From the NCBI GenBank assembly GCA_051362555.1, contig CM120640.1:43998788-44062787 (forward strand): 64,000 bases of DNA, given 5' to 3'. Positions 1 through 9,820 of this stretch are shown piece after piece (position 1 is the first letter of the stretch; every line of letters starts with the position of its first letter). The position numbers and the translations under genes were made by a program. The stretch comes from Lingula anatina (Eukaryota; Animalia; Brachiopoda). The notes below the pieces were generated by a model. That model searched no databases. It worked only from the letters and a program-made list of their open reading frames with translations, and was not told the origin of the DNA.

Positions 1-193
1 AGAACAATTTAAGAAAGTAAATGTAAACTATTGTAAGCTGTCTGATAAACTTTTGTCTGATATTCTTGTTTATGGATTGAACGACATCTTGACAAATTGG
101 ACAGCATGGAAGAGGAGCTTCAAAATTTAAAAGAATGCGGTTAAGTTAAAATGTTGTTGTAAATCACTGTAATGTATCTTTTTGATATTCTAG

Positions 194-3100
194 GTGACCA
201 GTGTGAAGAACTTTGCCACTGGCACAGTGACTGCTGTGAAGGACTACAGTAGTAGCTCTGTGAACAGTCTTCTGCAATCCAGTTATGGACAGGTAGTGGT
301 TGGGGCTGCAGAGGGCATCCTTGCCTCTTCAGAGGGATATGTAGAGAAGTACCTGCCACCTGCCCCTGAAGAAGGTATTTTCCCACAAATTTATTATGAC
401 AAGCTCCATGAAATGACAAAATTAATGCAACATGGTATTGTAATTAAAGGTTTGTTTCAAAGAACACATCAATAACATTTTTGTTTATTTCGAAGAGTGA
501 TTAAAATGGATTGCTTGTTAAAAAGTGTATCTATTATGCTAACGGTCCATGTGGGGAATGTTTTCTTTATCAGTGCAGAAAAGACTTAAGATTGTTTGAG
601 ATGTTATAGATGTACTCTATATTTCTTTCTTCAGAAGAAAAGAAGGAAGGGGATGAAGGTGAGAAAGGAGATGAGCAAGATCCACAGGTGCAGACTTCTT
701 TAGCCAGAGTGACATCTCTGAGCTCCAAGGTGCGGCGCAGGATGTATGCACGTGCCATGAAGGAGATGCAGCACTTGCAGGCCCGCAGCAAGGAGACTGT
801 TGCAAATCTTGCCCATACTGTTAATTTGGTATGTTATGCATCCCAATGGTGAAATTTTAAAATCAGTGCTGTTTATCTTTGTTCTTTGATAATAAAAAAA
901 CAGTTTAGACTAAACAGTTCAGCAAATTGAAAAATATGACTGTTGAGCTTTGCCCCTTGGCAATTAAAGGATTGAAAACTTTCTAGGGTGATGTGTAAAG
1001 GAGTGCAATATTTTGTATAGGGTAATGTATGAAGAAGTGCAATTTCTTGCACCTAGATGCAAAAAGAAAAATGTTTTACATACTTTCCTTAAAGTCGGGT
1101 GAAATGAATACGAGTCGTTAATTTTCTCTAGATCCAGTATGCCAGGGACAACTTTGAGCTTGCAGCGGAAAAAGTGCACGCTGCTAAGGAGAAGGCATGG
1201 AGTGTGTGGGAGGAAGTTAACAAGGAGGAAGATGAAGAGGAAGTTGAAGGGGAGGAAGGAGAGGAAGGAAAGGAACTCCAGCCACAGGTACTATGAAACT
1301 GATTAGGAGTTTAAAAGATTATTAGTAAACTCTATGCTGAACCCTACATTTGTGTTATTTTAGTAACTGATTGTAGGTGGTTTGATAATAAAGAACTCTC
1401 TTCCTGAATGAGAATCAAACACTACAGAGTGATAGAATTGTCAGTTTTTCTTCAGTTACACAATTATTTTAGTAAATTGTTTGCCATTCCAGAAATACGG
1501 CTGATAGATTCAATTTTTTTGTTCCAGACACTTGAGCGTCGTTCAATTCTTGTTGCTCGCCGCCTCACTCTTCAATTGAAACATGCTCTGGCCATTGTGC
1601 CATCTGGAGATCAGCTGCTTCCTGTATACCTGAGAGAGAGAATGGACAAGGCTAAAACCTACGTAGAAGAAATGTATGGGCATTTTGCAGAGGTAATATC
1701 CTGTGTTAGGAGGATTAGCTGATGTTATTGGCAGATATTAGTTGACTCAAAGAAAAACTGCTGAAATTGTTTCACATTATATATGAATGCAAAATGGAAA
1801 AAAAATGCAATTATAACTTGCATTTACCAAAAAGCCCAAGAATGTCATTTTGTCAAAGTTGGTCTTAAAATCCCATTTCCCCATCTGTTGAATTGCAGGC
1901 TAAACATTTTGAGGATCTTCCCAGTTGGATGATGGACCAGGCCAAGGAGAAGTTGACTTATGTGGAGGAATCTGTTGGGAACATGACAGAATATGTTCTC
2001 AGCACCAGGGCCCTCAGCTGGCTGGTAAGTGTGGGATATGTGGACTAAGGGATTAACTAATTTGCTGCTGCTCCAACTTGTTATTAGGATTTCTCCCAGT
2101 ATTTTGTTTATGTGTTTGAAATTGTTTTCATCATCGCTGCAATTTTGGAGAAGAAATGTAAATGAACCTGATGGAAATCTAATATTTTTAAAAATGTGAT
2201 GTTTTTAACCCCTGTACAATGTGGTGTGAACATTGATGATTCAGGATTCACACATTTACATATACATTTTGGAGCAGTAATATTTTGCCTAGTCTTTTTA
2301 TCACCTCTTATCTGTTAGTATTTCAGCTATAAATAATGTTTGTTTAATGTGTTGGCAACTTGGTGAAACTAATAATAAAAATTTTGATAACTAGATAAAT
2401 ATGTATATCTTCAACTTTATTGAACTAATCTAGTTGATGATGGACACCTGGAATGATACATATAAAGAGCACTATTAGATATCTAGCTATCTCCTTCCCC
2501 CGGGGGAAGTTTTATACGGGCATGTATAAAACGTCACTTATATGTCAGTCCTCATTCCTCTTTTTTTTAAAGTCCTCTGTCTCCTCCCCTGGGGAGCTTT
2601 TAAAGTTTGTGAACATGGGTCCTCCATAGTTCTTTTCAAAAGTCAATTGAATAAGGAAATTGAAGCAACAACAACAACTTTTAAAAGCTATATGCTAAAA
2701 GAAAATCAAATTAAATATCTAGCTAAAGTCATTTAAAAAAGAAAAGTCAAGTATTATGAGACTTCAAGAAGAGTCCCTGGTTGAAGCCGGTTTCCGAGTT
2801 TCCTGTATGTCAGTCTCTTTAGAATGACGGCTTGGTCTGGATGGAGTAAGCATTTCTGTAGTTCCTGGCTTGTTATGAGGTAGCAAACGGGCTAATGCAC
2901 GTGGCAAACCACCACTGGTGCGCTGTTTGGTGACAGTAGGGGCATCCTGGCCACTGGGATCTGGGGCACTCAAATCTGGCTCTTCAGATAATTGCGATGG
3001 AGTAGAAGCATCCTGGTATGGCACAGTAGGTTCATCTGGATTTTTTGGCTGTGTGACCTGTACAGGGTTGTCATGGGTTTGCTTCTTTCCCAGATAAAGG

Positions 3101-6100
3101 TCACCAGGTTCGTGATGGACCAACTTAGTGGGTTGCTCAGGCACTGTGTTCTCCTTGAGGGCCATCTCAATCATGGGGAAGTAGTCACTGCTAACAAATG
3201 GAGTGAACTTCCTAAGATGCTGCCGGTTGCGGATAATCACCCTGCCTGAACCATCCACTTTGATGACATACTGGTGGTGCTGTCTTACTTCAATTACTAT
3301 TCCAGTTCGCTCCCACTTCCGGGGATAATTTCCTACAAGGTTCTGTAAGTACACATGATCTCCAACCCTCAATGGTGGTAAGATCCTAGTATGCTCACTC
3401 CAGCGTTCATGCTCTCTGGAATGACGTTTTGCAAGTGCTCTTTCTCGATGTGACATCAGCTCTGCCCATGTTTCGTGTGGGGAATACCTTCCCATGGGTA
3501 TTGGAATGGCATCGCGAATAGGCCGTCCAAATATAATTAATGCTGGGGAGGCCTTTGTTTGTGGGTCAATAGAATTTCTGTACATAAGCATGGCTTTCTG
3601 AAACTTGTCAACATCAAGGGATCCTGTTGGGGCTATATTGTCTGCAAGCATTCGCTTCACAGTTTTGACAGCTATCTCAGCTCTACAGTTAGCATGAGGG
3701 TTGGCAACTGACGAAATTCTGTGTTTAACACCCCAGGTTTTAAGAAATTCTTGTGTTTTCCCTGCAGTAAATTGTGGTCCACCATCTGAGGTTAACTCCT
3801 CTGGTATTCCAAATGTGACGAAAGTTTCACGCAATCTTCTGATTAGACCCTCTGCGCCTCCTTCTGCTTTAAAAGCCATTGGCCAATTGGAATATCGGTC
3901 GACAATGACAACATAATCTTTACTGTTGTATGTGAAGTAGTCACAGCAGATCATTTGGAAAGGGTAGTCTGGTTGTTTAATATCAGATGGTGGCTGCATC
4001 GGGTTTGATTTAGCCATGCGATGACAATGTGCACATTGGTCCCTAACTCTAGCAATGTCAACTGAGATATTGGGCCAAAAAACAGAGTCTGCTGCTCGGG
4101 ACTGCATAGCACTTATACCCTGGTGAGCTGCATGGAGGGCATTGAGGATTGGTGTGCGTAAGGCCCTTGGGATAACAATTCGTTGACCCATGAGTATCAC
4201 TCCATCAACAACACACAGGCTTGCTGTGTGACGGTGGTATGGACGTATCTCTATGGGGAGTTCTCTGCAATCTTCTGGAAAGCCTTTCTCAAGGTATTGC
4301 ATTAGTGTAAGTAATGTTGTATCTGAAGAGGTGGCATCTCGGACCATATCCCAGGTGACAATAATGTTAGCAGCATCCAGTGAGGCAGACGCAGCAGCAA
4401 TGGTGCAAGCATCATCAGCAAAGTCTGTGTCTGCTGTGTCTTGGTATAAACTAGCCAATGTGACCTGTGGAGGCACAGTCATGTAGGATATGGTGTCACT
4501 GTCAGATGGTTCATTTGGTAGATGCATTCTACTTGGCCGACCAGCAGGGTGTCTGGATGCTGCATCTGGGCCGGGATTCTTCTTCCCTGGGACATGCACT
4601 ATGGTGAATCTGTATGCTAGTGTCTTTTCTTTGAGATTGAGTAGTCGCCTGTTGTGAATTTCGGTGAGTGACCTATCATTTAGCACCTGAACCAGTGGTT
4701 TGTGGTCTGTGGCAACAATCAAATCTTTACAGCCCAATACATAGTAGCGAGTCTGATGCAATGCATAGGCCACGGCCAGGGCTTCACCCTCTATGGGTGC
4801 ATATCTGCTTTCTGCTGGGTGGGTAAACCTGCTTCCTACCAAGCATAACTTCCAGCCATTGTGACAACATGCTGGAGTTTTGGAGGTGCATTGGCAATAC
4901 TTTTGCATCAGGAAGAATCCAACTCCATCAACAGACCAATCAGTGGACAGACATGTTTGGCGGTTTGGATCAAACAAACGCACTCCTTCTTTCATCTCTT
5001 CTATAATGACTTCTTTGGATTGGTGGAACAGGTTGTCCAACTCATCTGTCCATTCAAATTTTGTGGACGGCTTTAGGAGCTTCCTGAATGGCTTCATCTG
5101 ACGTGCCATTGAGAATGCATAAGCGCCTTGATTAATGAGCCCAAACCAGGCTCGGGCACCACTGATATCTGTAGGTGTTGGGAATTTCCTTATGGCATCT
5201 ATAAATTTGTCACTTGGTTGTATGTTCGTAGGTGTGATTGCAAGACCAGCAAATTCGACTGCATCTTGGGCGAACTGAAATTTCTTGGGATTCAAGGTGA
5301 TACCGTTACGTGCACACAGGTCTAACCACTTACATGCCTGAAAGAATGCCTCTTCAACTGAGTTTGCCCACATGCATGTATCATCTACACACTTGACTTT
5401 ATTAGGGAAGTCTGTGATTATGGCATCAAATCTCTGGTTGTAGGCATCTCCACTGGCTAAAAACCCCTGAGGTGCTACCTTGTATCTGTAACGGCCCCAT
5501 GGTGTGATGAATGTTGTGATATGCCGGTCCTCCTCCCTAATAGGCACAGAGTGGTACCCATTCCAGGCATCCGTCACGGTTTTTTTTACACCCTGTGGGA
5601 TGCGGTTTGCTAAGTGAAAGGGGGTAGGCACATGGTGTGTTTGGCGGACAGAGTGGCGGTTCAGTTGCTGTAAGTCTACTGTTCGCCTAGGAGTGCCATC
5701 GGCTTTTCCCGTTACTACCATGCGGGAACACCATGTTGTTGGGGTATTTGGGCTGACTCGTTCAAGGACCCCTATTCGGACATCCCTTTCAAGATCAGCA
5801 AAGACCCTCTCTTGCCAGTGAATTGGAACAAGTGCTGGCTTATGGACTGCGACCGGTTTGGCATCTGGATCCACATGAAGTTGGAGCGGCTCACACTTCA
5901 TCAGGGGTAATGGCTGGTGTTCACACGTATTAAATGTTGTTGCTCCATAATAGTCGAGGAGCCAATCTTTAAGCACTTCAACATTTTCTTCCAAAGCCTT
6001 TAAGCCAGGGGGAAGAGATGTGGGTAATGGTGGTGGCTCCTCTCTGCGCCTTGGACATGTGCATGGAACTTCGTCAGTGGGGCCAATTGAAGCTGTGTGT

Positions 6101-9100
6101 GTTATATGCGTGGCACTCGGAAAATCTGGCTTAATTATCCCCAAGTCTGTCAGTGCCTCTCTGCAGAGGAAGGCTTTCTCAATGGATTCAGACACGTAAC
6201 ACATCAAGCGAGACGTTCTGATGTGATCGTTTTCATCTTTGACTGAGACACTGACAGCAATGCCACCCATAACACCCAGATTCTCTCTGATGGCACCTCG
6301 CATCACAAGTTTAACAGGCAAGAGGTCTTCTTTCCTTATGCCTAGAGCCATAGCCGACTTCAGTGGTATTATGCTGCTCTGACACCCTGTATCCGCAATC
6401 ATGGACATGTTGACTGGTTTAAGTGTTGACGTGTCTTGCATCGGATACCCAAAAGCAGCATGATCTGCAGGTAGAGGGGTCATTCTCACTAAAACCATTG
6501 GGTGCGGTTTTGATGGGCGAGCTATCCACTGGCCGTCAAATATGTGGTGATCAAGAAATGCAGTCTTGTTGGGTTTATGTCGCCTGGGCGGGTTGTTTTC
6601 GGAAGCCGTACACAGCTGATCAAATACATAATTGGTGTCAGCGTGGTCCGTACCCTTAGTTTGACCTGTCTGAGTGCGTGGTTTGGGCGGGTTTCTATAT
6701 CCTCTCCCTTGCTGGCATAACCTTGAAGACTTATCCCGGTGGCCCCATTCACCGCAGGTGTTACATTTGCTGCAAAGGTCTGTATAATGTCCTTTGACAC
6801 CACATTTGGCACACATGAAACCCCATGCCTCACACTTCCTGGCTCTTGCTCTTCTATCGTTTCTTGGTCCATGGGCAAGTCCACCACATGCCCAGCATTT
6901 CGGTTTCCCATCAGTTTGAACAAGTGGTGATTTTTGAACATTGCTGGCAGCATTAGCATTGTCTCCGACTGCACTCTTGGTCACTTTTCCCTGTTCCTTC
7001 TGAGCGATAAAGGATACAGTTTCCTCTAGCGTCCTGTCTGTTTTAGGGTCACCCAATAAATCTGACATAATTTCTGGGTCAGCGATGCCTCTGATGAGGT
7101 TGTCTTTTATGATTTCATCGCTGTAGTCAAACATATGGGTGCAGCCTTCTTCTTTACATGTGGCTGTATACCGACACAATGCTGCTTGGCCTCTCAGGCT
7201 TGCCAAAAATGTTCTAATACTGGTTCCTGGAGTTTGAGTCATTTTACTCAGTCGTATGCGATGAACCAGGGTACTCTCATCTTTGACAGCTAGTCTTCTT
7301 ATGGCAGCTAGGAGGTCTGCCTCCGCCATATTTGCAACATTGTCTCTAAGATCTCGCATAATGTCTGTGCGTAAGTCTTGATCACAACAGTAAAAGAGGG
7401 CGGTTGCTACCATGTTTTCAGCAATGTTCATACCAGCCTTGTACATGTTCCACTGCCTGGTGAATGCCGACCACTGATCTGGATCAGACCCTGTTGAAAT
7501 TTGTGGTGGATCCAGCTTGAGTTTCTGGGGCGCCGGCTGAGTCGGATGGGCAGTCTGGCCATGCATTTGGAGAGCTGCAGTTAAGGCTCCTGCGAAGGCA
7601 GCGTCAAGGTCCTGTGACTGCCAGTCACAACCCACCACAGGACATTGCAGTTGGGGCATCCTGTTTGTTTTGAAGACTCTACAAATAATGGCTGAAAATC
7701 TAACTCTGTTATCTACACAGTGGCAAGGGAAATCTGGTGTCCGTCATAGATAAATATGTATATCTTCAACTTTATTGAACTAATCTAGTTGATGATGGAC
7801 ACCTGGAATGATACATATAAAGAGCACTATTAGATATCTAGCTAATAACTTCTGCTTAGTAGTTCTATAATGAGTGTATGCTTTCCTGCTAGTTTTAACA
7901 AGGTGGCTTAGTGGCTTAGAATTGAGAATGTCATGGGTGAAAGTTTTTCAAGATTTTAAGTCTTCATTTTGTGTGTTTTTTTTTTTCATATAGTCTAAAT
8001 ACGATGAGAAATTACAAGCTATGTTTTCAGTATTTTCATTTTATACAACTTTCATCCATGAAACATGGTGTAGAATCTGTACAAGCACCATTTCAGCTCC
8101 ATCTTTATGATATTGACCTATCAAGCACACACACATGCACTCAACACTCTACTGCCAGTATCACTAACATTAATTTATGTTTTAAAATACATATTTTAGA
8201 TCTAAAAACTTGTACAATCTCAGTATTATTCAAATAACTGGTTTCAACAAGTGCAAAATGTGAATACTGAAAGACATGTAAATTTATTGATTTTAATGAC
8301 AGTTTTAAAGTGGTATGAGGTGGAAATGAAATGAAGCTTCCAATAATGGCATCTTACTTTTACTATGGCTAGAAGATATAAAGGCATCTGCTGAGGAAAA
8401 TTGATGCCTGTATTTGGATGAAGTTCTATCATGCATAAAAATGCTAACTCTGTAAAAGTTTCTACTAATCCAGCTTGATGCCTATTGCAGATCTGAACTT
8501 TCATTGGGATCCATTTGTGTAACTTAACCTGAAAATATGGAACATAAAAGACAGCTCTGCTAAATGATCATCACTGATGACTGTCTTTCAGTTGCAAGGA
8601 AAAAATTGAAGTTCAGTTTCATTTCTCTGTAGGTTGGCAAGAAAGAAGACACTGTTAAATTAGAATAAAGGCATCATAAGGATCGTGACAGGCAGCCCTT
8701 CAATACGGATTAGTAGCTTCAGTCACCGCTTACGTATAAGAGCTTTTCCAGTGAAGTTTGACCAAGCTCTCAGTTGCAAATGTTCCAATATTGACATTGT
8801 CAATCACAGCTGTATATTATATATTAGTATATTAATAGAACTAGCCAGAAGAGTGGGATTTACAGACTTTGAATTTGGATTTCTCATTTGTTAACTCTGT
8901 GAAGTTACTCCCATTACAACAGTGGAAAGGGAAAGCTACTGTTTTTCTGCTTTGGATTTTAAATATATATATACATTAGTGACCTTAACTCTATGCATTA
9001 TGCCCAATACAGTGTGGACATTGGAAAGGAAAAGCTGCTGTTTTACTGCTTGGATTTAAATAAATATCCATTAGTGTCCTTAGTTGCAAAATGGTTTTGT

Positions 9101-9820
9101 ATGTTTTTTATTTATAAATAATATATCCTATTGCCAATGAGGTTACTGAAACAATTATGCACGTTCGCTTAATCAAAATACAATTTGTTCATGATACTCT
9201 CAATGTTAGCAAAGTGGATATAAGGTGCTCCCCTAACAACTTGACGAAAAACAAACTTTGTTTATAATACTCTCTTAACATTGTAGTAATTTTTTTGCAC
9301 AAAAATTTTCCTAAGTTCAATATTAATAACTTAACCAATTTAAATAATGGCACAGAAAAAGCATTACTTACTATAAAATGTGTGTAATATTGGGGGATGA
9401 CATTACAATATCAAATTAAAAAATTATAATAAGAATAACAGCAAGATGAATTGGACAGTTTCTTCAACCACACAGTAAAGTAAAAAATGAATTGTACTTA
9501 TTTCAAGAAATAAATGACAAACACCACAACTAAACATTTTAATATACAATGACAATCAATTAATGTTAAGCTATTTTTCATTAGTTGCGTGTGTGATTTT
9601 TTGACAAAAAGACTAAGAAAATGTTTTCTTTGAATATTTTGAAACTACTAGGTGTATGCTTAGTAATTCTGTTCTAAATTGTATTCAACAGGTGCCTGAT
9701 GTGGACCTGGATGCATTTGATATTGAAGATCCTGATTCTTATGAGGTCAATGGTGGTGTCGTCATGAGAGAAGGTGGCCAGGAAGAATACATTGGTTATG
9801 TGCCAGCTGTTGAGAAATAG
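194..9820 (+). CDS. Perilipin-family lipid droplet protein, 3' part (5' exons lie upstream of the window). Exons 194-374, 635-828, 1132-1287, 1528-1692, 1899-2024, terminal exon 9692-9820
   Basis: All exons have AG/GT boundaries and join in frame. Translation has perilipin hallmarks: 11-mer-like repeats VTSVKNFATGTVTAVKD, SEGYVEKYLP, SLSSKVRRRMYARAM, AHTVNLIQYA, LERRSILVARRLTLQL and C-terminal EYVLSTRALSWLV. Confidence 0.88.
2392..2489 (-). repeat. 3' LTR (98 bp)
   Basis: Identical to 7747-7844 and preceded, in element orientation, by the PPT. Confidence 0.96.
2490..2501 (-). other. Polypurine tract GGGGGAAGGAGA
   Basis: Purine-only run abutting the 3' LTR on the minus strand. Confidence 0.9.
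2764..7659 (-). CDS. Gag-Pol polyprotein, 1631 aa (Gag CCHC knuckles, aspartic protease, RT, RNase H, integrase)
   Basis: Uninterrupted ORF. Motifs: CAKCGVKGHYTDLC knuckle; ADTG protease; RT DAWNGYH, PWGRYRY..PQG and CVDD; RNase H TDWS, YAPIEGEALA, TDHKPL and DAASR; integrase HAAHQG..CAHC, D..SDGGPQF and NCRAE. The PR-RT-RH-IN order is gypsy-type. Confidence 0.97.
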   Translation of the reverse strand: MPQLQCPVVGCDWQSQDLDAAFAGALTAALQMHGQTAHPTQPAPQKLKLDPPQISTGSDPDQWSAFTRQWNMYKAGMNIAENMVATALFYCCDQDLRTDIMRDLRDNVANMAEADLLAAIRRLAVKDESTLVHRIRLSKMTQTPGTSIRTFLASLRGQAALCRYTATCKEEGCTHMFDYSDEIIKDNLIRGIADPEIMSDLLGDPKTDRTLEETVSFIAQKEQGKVTKSAVGDNANAASNVQKSPLVQTDGKPKCWACGGLAHGPRNDRRARARKCEAWGFMCAKCGVKGHYTDLCSKCNTCGEWGHRDKSSRLCQQGRGYRNPPKPRTQTGQTKGTDHADTNYVFDQLCTASENNPPRRHKPNKTAFLDHHIFDGQWIARPSKPHPMVLVRMTPLPADHAAFGYPMQDTSTLKPVNMSMIADTGCQSSIIPLKSAMALGIRKEDLLPVKLVMRGAIRENLGVMGGIAVSVSVKDENDHIRTSRLMCYVSESIEKAFLCREALTDLGIIKPDFPSATHITHTASIGPTDEVPCTCPRRREEPPPLPTSLPPGLKALEENVEVLKDWLLDYYGATTFNTCEHQPLPLMKCEPLQLHVDPDAKPVAVHKPALVPIHWQERVFADLERDVRIGVLERVSPNTPTTWCSRMVVTGKADGTPRRTVDLQQLNRHSVRQTHHVPTPFHLANRIPQGVKKTVTDAWNGYHSVPIREEDRHITTFITPWGRYRYKVAPQGFLASGDAYNQRFDAIITDFPNKVKCVDDTCMWANSVEEAFFQACKWLDLCARNGITLNPKKFQFAQDAVEFAGLAITPTNIQPSDKFIDAIRKFPTPTDISGARAWFGLINQGAYAFSMARQMKPFRKLLKPSTKFEWTDELDNLFHQSKEVIIEEMKEGVRLFDPNRQTCLSTDWSVDGVGFFLMQKYCQCTSKTPACCHNGWKLCLVGSRFTHPAESRYAPIEGEALAVAYALHQTRYYVLGCKDLIVATDHKPLVQVLNDRSLTEIHNRRLLNLKEKTLAYRFTIVHVPGKKNPGPDAASRHPAGRPSRMHLPNEPSDSDTISYMTVPPQVTLASLYQDTADTDFADDACTIAAASASLDAANIIVTWDMVRDATSSDTTLLTLMQYLEKGFPEDCRELPIEIRPYHRHTASLCVVDGVILMGQRIVIPRALRTPILNALHAAHQGISAMQSRAADSVFWPNISVDIARVRDQCAHCHRMAKSNPMQPPSDIKQPDYPFQMICCDYFTYNSKDYVVIVDRYSNWPMAFKAEGGAEGLIRRLRETFVTFGIPEELTSDGGPQFTAGKTQEFLKTWGVKHRISSVANPHANCRAEIAVKTVKRMLADNIAPTGSLDVDKFQKAMLMYRNSIDPQTKASPALIIFGRPIRDAIPIPMGRYSPHETWAELMSHRERALAKRHSREHERWSEHTRILPPLRVGDHVYLQNLVGNYPRKWERTGIVIEVRQHHQYVIKVDGSGRVIIRNRQHLRKFTPFVSSDYFPMIEMALKENTVPEQPTKLVHHEPGDLYLGKKQTHDNPVQVTQPKNPDEPTVPYQDASTPSQLSEEPDLSAPDPSGQDAPTVTKQRTSGGLPRALARLLPHNKPGTTEMLTPSRPSRHSKETDIQETRKPASTRDSS
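7736..7746 (-). other. Primer-binding-site position, TGACGGACACC (non-TGG; 10/11 complementary to LTR 7793-7803)
   Basis: Immediately downstream of the 5' LTR in element orientation. Forms an inverted repeat with tgatggacacc inside the LTR. Confidence 0.65.
7747..7844 (-). repeat. 5' LTR (98 bp)
   Basis: Base-for-base identical to 2392-2489. In element orientation it reads TAGCTAG...TTTATCTA and contains AATAAA. Confidence 0.96.
8633..8668 (+). CDS. Candidate alternative terminal exon of perilipin (VGKKEDTVKLE*)
   Basis: Pyrimidine-rich acceptor tttcatttctctgtag. Phase 0 matches the 2024 donor and gives SWL-VG, like the perilipin WLVG motif. No transcript evidence. Confidence 0.4.
   Translation, partial: VGKKEDTVKLE
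8919..9082. repeat. Diverged local tandem duplication, about 65-bp unit, two copies
   Basis: tggaaagggaaagctactgtttttctgctttggattttaaat...cattagtgacctta versus tggaaaggaaaagctgctgttttactgcttggatttaaat...cattagtgtcctta. Confidence 0.75.

Larger units (their letters stand above)
2392..7844 (-). mobile_element. Full-length Ty3/gypsy LTR retrotransposon (Mag-like), inserted in perilipin intron
   Basis: Identical 98-bp direct repeats at 2392-2489 and 7747-7844. 5-bp TSD ATAAC at 2387-2391 and 7845-7849. Polypurine tract next to the 3' LTR. Single gag-pol ORF. Confidence 0.97.

Noticed and set aside
2970-6974. Short ORFs overlapping gag-pol in other frames or on the other strand
   Set aside because: Shadows of the long ORF with no recognisable motifs; no env-like ORF found.
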